NCBI RefSeq assembly: GCF_963974575.1
Contig: NZ_CAXBBQ010000009.1
Location: 36,734-100,733 of the forward strand
Direction of reading: 5' to 3'
Source: an uncultured Sphingosinicella sp.
GTDB taxonomy: Bacteria; Pseudomonadota; Alphaproteobacteria; Sphingomonadales; Sphingomonadaceae
Length of the DNA: 64,000 nt
Position 1 is the stretch's first letter. Every line of letters starts with the position of its first letter. Shown here piece after piece: positions 55,906 through 64,000 of this stretch. Under the pieces are notes generated by a model. That model worked only from the letters and a program-made list of their open reading frames with translations, had not been told where the DNA came from and did no database searches. Made by a program: the position numbers and the translations under genes.

Positions 55906-57660
55906 TCACGCTGCGGTGGCTACCGATGGGTCATCGGGCCCGGCGGCAGGGACATGCCGGTCGCGTCCGGTCCTCTTCGCCTCGTAAAGCGCTGCGTCGG
56001 CGCGCCGGTAGACCTGCCGCCATGTGCGGTCGTCGGCAATGATGCCCGATGCGGAGCCGATGCTGACAGTGATGCGGATGCCGTCCGTCATCGGCGTCGC
56101 GCGGAAGGCGCGGAGAATCGTACCGGCCGTGTCGTCGCGTTCGGTGTAGGGCACGATAAGCCCGAATTCCTCGCCGCCGAGGCGTCCGGCAACACCGTTC
56201 GCGGGTGAAATGCTTTCGAGCAGTCGCCCGGCCTCGCGCAGCACGCGGTCACCGAACTCGTGTCCGAAGCCGTCGTTCACGGTCTTGAAGTGATCGATGT
56301 CGATCAGCAGCAGCCGTGATTTCAGCTTACCCTTGCCGCTCCTGCGGATGCCGTATTCGATAAAGGCGCGGCGGTTGAGAAGGCCGGTCAGCGCATCGGT
56401 TTCGGCAAGGTAGGTCAGCTCGATCTCGCGGGCGCGCGCCTCGTCACGCTCGGCGCGAATGTTGGAGATGCGGTAGGCGATGCCGATCATGCTGAGCACG
56501 CATTCAAAGCACATCGCGTAGAAATAGCTGTCTTCGATGAAGGCGCTCGTCTCCATGAAGCCGAGCGCGACGAGGATGCGGGCGAAGGCTCCGGCAAGCG
56601 GCACGGCCCAGGCCACCGTGTAGATGAGGATGATGCGGCTGCCCCGGCGCCATGCGATGATCGCCAGCGGGAAGATCAGCGCCATGGTGAGCGCACCGAG
56701 GATGTTCACCGCGGCGAGCGGGATATGAAGCAGTGCTGGCGCCTGGAACAGCGTGATGAGCGCGATGACGCCCGCGCCGACCTGCAATGTCGCGAGCGCG
56801 ATGCCCGCGATGCCGAGCCGCATGTGCACGGTGCCGCGTTCCAGCAGCGTGATCGTGAAGACGACCGCGAACCACAGCATCACCGGCAAAATGGCCTCCG
56901 CGGCCACGTTGCCGAGCATGGGCGGCAACCCCGCAGGAAGCAGCCGCATCAGGATGCCGGATGCGGCGATGCCGTAGAATAACGTCGCGGCGGTCATGCC
57001 GCAGTAGAAGAAGAGGAACGCGTAGCGCAGCCAGACGAGCAGGACGAGATTGAAGAACAAGGTGGCCAGGATCACGCCGCCGAACAGCCCGTAGGTCAGC
57101 GATTGCCGCTCGATCTCAATGGATTCCGCTTGGGGGGTCTCCACCGCAGGGCGAACGAAGGCACCGCGCGGGTCGACGACCTTCTCAGCGTGCAGCGCGA
57201 TGGTTTCGATCGTTCCCGGCCGCCATGGAATGCGCAGCCGGAACATGCCGCCGAGTTCGGTGTGGCGTGCGGCGGAGGCGGCGTCGTGGCGCGTCGTCCA
57301 GACGGTGCCGTCGGCATAGCGGACGTAAAGCGTAACCTCTTCGAAAAGCGTCTGTTTGAGGTGGACGGACAGGGGCTCGGCAGGCTTCTGCGCGAGGGCG
57401 AGGCCGGATTTCACCAGCCAGCTGTTCCGCATCTCGCCCGTCGATAGCCTACCCGGGCAATCGCCGCGCGCAGCCCTCTTCATCGCGCCGGCAAGGTTGA
57501 GATCTTCGTGATCGGGGAAAATGCACGCGGTGGTGCTGATATCGACCCCGATCTGCGCGTTCGCCGCTGATGAAATGGTCGACGCACAGAAAAGCAATGC
57601 CGCAAGCAAGAGCAGCCCGCGCCGTGCGAACATGGCGGTTATGCCGAAAAAACCATGCAT
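55906..57660 (-). CDS. 7TMR-DISM-type sensor diguanylate cyclase
   Basis: 584 aa. Signal peptide and a roughly 170-aa periplasmic domain, 7 TM segments, and a C-terminal GGDEF domain (RLGGEEFGLIV). The stop lies 1 nt before the downstream gene's start. The start may instead be at 57633. Confidence 0.8.
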   Translation of the reverse strand: MHGFFGITAMFARRGLLLLAALLFCASTISSAANAQIGVDISTTACIFPDHEDLNLAGAMKRAARGDCPGRLSTGEMRNSWLVKSGLALAQKPAEPLSVHLKQTLFEEVTLYVRYADGTVWTTRHDAASAARHTELGGMFRLRIPWRPGTIETIALHAEKVVDPRGAFVRPAVETPQAESIEIERQSLTYGLFGGVILATLFFNLVLLVWLRYAFLFFYCGMTAATLFYGIAASGILMRLLPAGLPPMLGNVAAEAILPVMLWFAVVFTITLLERGTVHMRLGIAGIALATLQVGAGVIALITLFQAPALLHIPLAAVNILGALTMALIFPLAIIAWRRGSRIILIYTVAWAVPLAGAFARILVALGFMETSAFIEDSYFYAMCFECVLSMIGIAYRISNIRAERDEARAREIELTYLAETDALTGLLNRRAFIEYGIRRSGKGKLKSRLLLIDIDHFKTVNDGFGHEFGDRVLREAGRLLESISPANGVAGRLGGEEFGLIVPYTERDDTAGTILRAFRATPMTDGIRITVSIGSASGIIADDRTWRQVYRRADAALYEAKRTGRDRHVPAAGPDDPSVATAA

Positions 57661-57758
57661 ACGCTTTAGGTTAACGCAGCGGATGATAACGATTCGCTAA
57701 TTACGTTCTTCTTTGCGCAATCTTGACCACGGCTCGCCTTGCTTTATGTGCGGCGCGC

Positions 57759-58418
57759 ATGGACGCACGGACAGACAAGGCCGGAAAAATCGAGCGGCGC
57801 GGTATCCTTTTCGTGCTGTCTTCCCCTTCGGGCGCGGGAAAAACCACGATGGCGCGGCGTCTGCTCGCGGCGGAACCGCAGATGGCGGTTTCCGTGTCGG
57901 CGACGACGCGTGCCAAGCGCCCGGGCGAGGTGGACGGCATCGACTATCACTTCCGCACCGAGGCGCAGTTCGCGCGCATGGTCGATGCCGGCGAGTTCCT
58001 GGAATGGGCGCACGTGTTCGGCAACCGCTACGGCACGCCGCGTGCCGCCGTGGAGACCGCGCTTCGCATGGGCCGCGACGTGCTGTTCGACGTGGACTGG
58101 CAGGGCACGCAGCAGCTCGCGCAGTCGATGGGCGACGATGTCGTCTCCATCTTCCTGTTGCCGCCGACGATGGCCGAGCTGGAACGCCGCCTGCGCGCGC
58201 GCCGCACCGACAGCGAAGAGGTGATCGAGGGCCGCATGTCGCGCGCTGCCGCCGAAATCAGCCACTGGCCCGAATATGACTATGTGCTCGTCAACGAGGA
58301 CATGCACGACTGCTTCGAGCAGATTCACACCATCGTTCACGCCGAGCGGCTGAGGCGGCAGCGCCGGGGCGCATGGCTTACCGAATTCACCCGCGAGATG
58401 GTGGGAAAACAAGGCTGA
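57759..58418 (+). CDS. gmk: guanylate kinase
   Basis: From MDARTDKAGKIERRGILFVLSSPSGAGKTT (P-loop), 219 aa. The track start at 57723 is a TTG that coincides with a -35-like TTGACC. Confidence 0.85.
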   Translation: MDARTDKAGKIERRGILFVLSSPSGAGKTTMARRLLAAEPQMAVSVSATTRAKRPGEVDGIDYHFRTEAQFARMVDAGEFLEWAHVFGNRYGTPRAAVETALRMGRDVLFDVDWQGTQQLAQSMGDDVVSIFLLPPTMAELERRLRARRTDSEEVIEGRMSRAAAEISHWPEYDYVLVNEDMHDCFEQIHTIVHAERLRRQRRGAWLTEFTREMVGKQG

Positions 58419-58493
58419 CCGTGCGCGGGGCAGGGGGTTAACGCCTGCGCCCAGCGTACCTATGTGATTGCCGGAAACATCACGGGACGAACG

Positions 58494-59978
58494 ATGAAAG
58501 CGAACCGATCACTCTGGCTGCTGGCCGCGGGCGCAATCGCGGGCACGAGCTTCGCCATGGCCATCGACAAGATCGAGCCGCAGGCCTCGGCGCAGCAGGT
58601 GGCGCAGCTTGCTGCGGCTGCAGCGCCCCCGGAAACGCCGCGCCGCGTTCCCACCAGCAATGCCGAACTGATGCTCTCCTACGCGCCGCTGGTGAAGGCG
58701 AGCGTGCCGGCCGTCGTCAATGTCTACACCGCGCGCGTGAACCGGACGCGGCGCGATCCGTTCTGGGATCTTTTCTTCGGCGGAGGGCGCATGACGCCGC
58801 AGCCGCGCGTCGAGCAGTCGCTGGGATCGGGGGTCATCGTCGACGGCTCCGGCCTCATCGTCACCAACAACCACGTTGTCGAGGGCGCGGACGAGATCAA
58901 GGTCGCGCTCGCAGACCGGCGCGAGTTTCCGGCCAAGCTGATGTTCACCGACAAGCAGCTCGATCTTGCGCTGCTGAAGGTGGACACCGGCGGTGCGGCG
59001 CTTCCCGTCGTTCCGCTCGGCGACAGCGACAGCGCAGAGGTCGGCGATGTCGTGATTGCCATCGGCAATCCCTTTGGCGTCGGCCAGACCGTGACGCACG
59101 GCATCGTCTCGGCGCTCGCGCGGACGGGCGTCGGCATCAGCGACTATCAGTTCTTCGTGCAGACGGACGCGGCCATCAACCCCGGCAACTCGGGCGGCGC
59201 GCTCATCGGCATGGACGGGCGGCTCGTCGGCATCAATACGGCGATCTACTCGCGATCGGGCGGTTCGAACGGCATCGGCTTCGCGATTCCTGCCAACATG
59301 GTGCGCCAGTTCATCGCGGGCGCGAAGACCGGCAAGGTTTCACGGCCCTGGCTCGGCATGGCGGGCCAGCCGGTGACATCCGAGCTCGCCCGAGCTTCCG
59401 GCCTCGATCGGCCCATGGGCGTCGTCATCAATGAGGTGAACAAAGGCTCTCCTGCGGACCGTGCCGGTGTGCAGGTGGGGGACATCATCTATGCCGTGGA
59501 CGGCAAGGACGCGTCGGACCCAGACACGCTGCGCTACCTCGTCGCCAGCAAACCGGTGGGCGACACTGTGAAGCTCACGCTGCTGCGGGGCGGCAAGGCG
59601 GAGAATGTGGCCCTGAAGCTTGTCGCGCCGCCCGAGGTGCCCGCGCGCGACACCACGCTGCTCGGCGGCCGATCGATCCTTGCAGGCGTCACGGTTGCGA
59701 ACCTGTCGCCCGCGCTGTCTGCGGAAATCGGTGGCGGGCTGCCTGATAAGGGCGTCGTCGTCATGGGCGCGGACCCCCGCGCGCCGGCGCTGCGCTTCGG
59801 GCTCGTCCAGCCCGGCGACATTATCGAAACGGTGAACGGCCGGGCCGTGGCGAGCGCCAAGGGGCTGCAGGCGCAGGCGAACGAGGCGCAGGCGGAAATG
59901 ACGCTCCGCATGAGCCGCGGCGGTGCCACGCGCGAATGCTATTTCCGCGCGCCGTCCTCGCTGCAGTGCCGGGGCTGA
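58494..59978 (+). CDS. Do/DegP/HtrA family periplasmic serine protease (two PDZ domains)
   Basis: MKANRSLWLLAAGAIAG signal peptide. Catalytic motifs TNNHVV, DLALLKV and GNSGGAL, followed by two PDZ-like regions. Confidence 0.85.
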   Translation: MKANRSLWLLAAGAIAGTSFAMAIDKIEPQASAQQVAQLAAAAAPPETPRRVPTSNAELMLSYAPLVKASVPAVVNVYTARVNRTRRDPFWDLFFGGGRMTPQPRVEQSLGSGVIVDGSGLIVTNNHVVEGADEIKVALADRREFPAKLMFTDKQLDLALLKVDTGGAALPVVPLGDSDSAEVGDVVIAIGNPFGVGQTVTHGIVSALARTGVGISDYQFFVQTDAAINPGNSGGALIGMDGRLVGINTAIYSRSGGSNGIGFAIPANMVRQFIAGAKTGKVSRPWLGMAGQPVTSELARASGLDRPMGVVINEVNKGSPADRAGVQVGDIIYAVDGKDASDPDTLRYLVASKPVGDTVKLTLLRGGKAENVALKLVAPPEVPARDTTLLGGRSILAGVTVANLSPALSAEIGGGLPDKGVVVMGADPRAPALRFGLVQPGDIIETVNGRAVASAKGLQAQANEAQAEMTLRMSRGGATRECYFRAPSSLQCRG

Positions 59979-59984
59979 GGAGCC

Positions 59985-62003
<2,019 letters not shown>

Positions 62004-62103
62004 GAAAGGCGCCGCCCCCCGAAACCAATGACGCGGACCTTCAAGCGGTGAAGTGCGGCGGCGTCAAGCTTTGAGCGTGGTGGAGAAAGGGAGGAGACAA
62101 GTC

Positions 62104-63246
62104 TCAATACCGTGGTCGACCGCCCGTGCCGATTAAGATGTGCGGATATTTCTTGCGGCATTCTTCAGGGCTTGCCGGAAAAAAACGTCGAAATTCTGCG
62201 TCCGCAAAGCCGGACCCGCTGGCCTGGAGCATTGCGTAGCCGGGGTGCGTATTGAACTCGACAACGACCGGACCCGTGGGCGTGAACGCGATATCCCAAC
62301 CGAGAATCGGCAGGCCGAACAGGGCGCTCTGGCCGAGCCGCACGATGTCGAGAGCGCGTTGCCAGTCCGGCAGTTGGAAGCCTTTTATCGTCTCGCCCGT
62401 GTCAACGTGTTTGTCGGTTTTCTGAAGCGACAGGCCGAGGCCGACATACATTTCGCTGAGCGTTCCAGTTTCGATGTCGATGTTCGCAAAGCCGTTTCCT
62501 CCGGCGCCGAGATTGAAATTGTCCGTGACGTTGCGGCCCACCGGAATCCGGAAGGCGGCACGGTGGATTCGGATGTCTTCATCGGAAGCGATCGTGACGA
62601 TGCGCGCTGTAGCAACACGCCTGCCGATCCTTGTCGTGATGTCGGGGTGCGGCGTGATGATGTCTTGCAGCAAGAGCCCGCCCACATCCTTGCCGCCGCG
62701 CCGCTTAACGAAATCGGAGACAGGCAGATGTTCGCCGGAGATGGTGACAATGCTGTCCGTCGCCGGATCGAATGCTTCCCCGTAACAACTATCGAGGCCG
62801 AACGCACCGGCGACGGGTTTCGCGAAAAAAGGGTAGTTTCCGGCGTCGCGAAGCCAGTTTTCGAAATCTTCCGGTGTTTTCAGAAGCCGGACGCCGGGAT
62901 GAAAACGCCTCGTCTGATAAATGGCCTTGAGCGGTGGTACGGGCAGCCCGAAGCTTTGGAGCAAAAGGTAGGAGAGGGCCTTGTCGTTGCCGACCCCATA
63001 CCACTGAGGGTCTTGTGCCATGTAGACGTCGCCCTTGGCCCACGCGCCTACAAACGTCTTTTTATGTTCAAAGGTGAAGGCGGAATCAAAAAGCCGATAA
63101 TCGTAATATTCTTTGGCGGATAACTTTCCTTTTCCAAGGCGTAGGTGAGCGATTTCAGATATCTGACCTATTATTGATTTTCCGCATAATCTCTTCGTTT
63201 CTTTAAGATTTTTGATGATTTGCGGAACGCTCATTCCGATAATCAT
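62104..63246 (-). CDS. ATP-grasp family protein (sugar-transfer-associated / alpha-L-glutamate-ligase-related type)
   Basis: 380 aa. N-terminal ...SAKEYYDYRLFD..., central FAKPVAGAFG and C-terminal ...DIAFTPTGPVVVEFN pattern recalled from the ATPgrasp_ST family. The gene, especially its 5' end, is visibly lower in GC. Confidence 0.65.
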   Translation of the reverse strand: MIIGMSVPQIIKNLKETKRLCGKSIIGQISEIAHLRLGKGKLSAKEYYDYRLFDSAFTFEHKKTFVGAWAKGDVYMAQDPQWYGVGNDKALSYLLLQSFGLPVPPLKAIYQTRRFHPGVRLLKTPEDFENWLRDAGNYPFFAKPVAGAFGLDSCYGEAFDPATDSIVTISGEHLPVSDFVKRRGGKDVGGLLLQDIITPHPDITTRIGRRVATARIVTIASDEDIRIHRAAFRIPVGRNVTDNFNLGAGGNGFANIDIETGTLSEMYVGLGLSLQKTDKHVDTGETIKGFQLPDWQRALDIVRLGQSALFGLPILGWDIAFTPTGPVVVEFNTHPGYAMLQASGSGFADAEFRRFFPASPEECRKKYPHILIGTGGRPRY

Positions 63247-63274
63247 TTGTTTTCAGGCCTCCGAAGCGCGCCTC

Positions 63275-63318
63275 AAAAAACAGTCGAAACAGCAGTGGCT
63301 ACTTTGCTGTTGTTTTTT
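63275..63318. terminator. hairpin with flanking A/T runs between the two ATP-grasp genes
   Basis: AAAAAACAGTCGA-AACAGCA-(10-nt loop)-TGCTGTT-GTTTTTT. On the minus strand the stem is followed by TCGACTGTTTTTT. Confidence 0.4.
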
Positions 63319-63444
63319 ACTCAATGATATAGGGGAATAAACGCTATTGGGATGGAGCGTGTATTTTTTGACATGACATCAGCAGCGAATGCGGCTTGCC
63401 GTTTTTCGCCGGTTGGTGTGCCGATCGGCCGACTTGGGACGTGC

Positions 63445-64000
63445 TCAGCGGATTCGGCGATTCTCGTAAAGTTCGAGAAACCGTGGGGTGGCGAGGCCTC
63501 GATTGGCGACAGTCTGCACAAGAACAAGATCGCCGTTCGGATTGTCTTCGATCAGCATTGGTCCCGTATCAGTGAAGGCAACGTCCCAATTGTGAATTTT
63601 CAGGCCGGGCACAAGGCGGCTGGCGCGCAACACGAGATCGATCGCCTGCTGCCAGTCCGGCATTGCAAGACCTGCGAAAGGCGCGCCCGTATCGGGATGA
63701 TGGTCGGCGGCCCGCCAATCGAGCCCGATAGCGGAAAGCACGTCGACAACCGCGCCGGTTGCAATGTCGAGGCGCGCCAGCATGTTGCCCGAAGCGCCGC
63801 CGCGAAAATTGTCGACCATGCTCGCCCCGGCCGGAATCCGCAGCCCGGCTCTGAAGATTTCCGGTTCCGGGCGGTCGTTCAGAACCATGACACGCGCCGT
63901 CGCCAGCCGCTGACCGATCGTGGCGGCAATCAGCGGGTGGGGAGCGATGACATTCTGGAAAATCAGCGTCGGCTTTCCCGGCGCGCCGTGTTTTTCAGCG
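63445..64000 (-). CDS. ATP-grasp family protein, paralogue of 62104..63246, 5' end beyond the window
   Basis: The frame stays open upstream of the track Met to the window edge (...GKPTLIFQNVIAPHPLIAATIGQRLATARVMVLNDRPE...). It aligns along its length with the C-terminal half of the neighbouring ATP-grasp protein. Confidence 0.7.
   Translation of the reverse strand, partial: AEKHGAPGKPTLIFQNVIAPHPLIAATIGQRLATARVMVLNDRPEPEIFRAGLRIPAGASMVDNFRGGASGNMLARLDIATGAVVDVLSAIGLDWRAADHHPDTGAPFAGLAMPDWQQAIDLVLRASRLVPGLKIHNWDVAFTDTGPMLIEDNPNGDLVLVQTVANRGLATPRFLELYENRRIR

Noticed and set aside
57723-58418. Functional link between gmk and the adjacent c-di-GMP enzymes (GMP recycling).
   Set aside because: The genes are divergent and gmk is a universal housekeeping gene. 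Adjacency alone is insufficient, so this is treated as coincidence unless the synteny proves conserved.
63352-64000. Plus-strand frame open from ATG 63352 to the window end.
   Set aside because: It is antisense to the ATP-grasp paralogue, whose minus-strand translation aligns with the neighbouring gene. The plus-strand translation has no recognisable features.

Overview
High-GC chromosomal segment. A permuted two-piece tmRNA gene, an EcfG-type promoter, a ROSE-like hsp20 leader and the overall gene content point to an alphaproteobacterium, probably Sphingomonadales (inference, not verified). I call about 58 protein-coding genes, 2 tRNAs (Tyr, Trp) and 1 tmRNA. Layout: (i) 1-13.5 kb is a housekeeping cluster, mostly on the minus strand: coq7, dsbB-like, yibQ-like, ctpA, envC-like, rlmH-rsfS-nadD, an LLM oxidoreductase, proA-proB-obg, a GNAT, rpmA-rplU and hspQ. 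(ii) 13.5-26.4 kb is an accessory catabolic and regulatory block ending next to tRNA-Tyr: hyuA-hyuB-FAD oxidoreductase, a TonB-dependent receptor plus an OCD-family enzyme, a P450, and Lrp plus an 888-aa MalT-like LuxR regulator. (iii) 26.6-34.5 kb is a stress-flavoured block: rlmB, an RcdA-like/VOC/NYN-OST-HTH operon, hsp20 behind a ROSE-like thermometer hairpin, and a translationally coupled otsB-GH15-otsA operon behind a GGAAC-N17-CGTT promoter. (iv) 34.6-49.3 kb carries tRNA-Trp-secE-nusG-rplKAJL and rpoBC. These are separated between rplL and rpoB by an AI-2E transporter and an MHS/MFS transporter, and rpoB has its own promoter and a leader terminator. (v) 49.8-64 kb carries a GT4 glycosyltransferase, ssrA, sspB-fumC, two c-di-GMP enzymes (one TM-PAS-GGDEF-EAL-PilZ), gmk, a DegP-like protease, pccA and two tandem ATP-grasp paralogues (the last runs off the window). 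I saw no CRISPR array, IS element, integrase, prophage genes or recognisable defence system. The most novel-looking items are the receptor-linked HyuAB/P450/OCD locus with repeated MalT-box-like sites, the GGDEF-EAL-PilZ fusion, the lower-GC ATP-grasp pair, and the re-wired rplL/rpoB junction. All family calls come from reading the translations and recalling motifs. No searches were run, and ncRNA and promoter boundaries are approximate.
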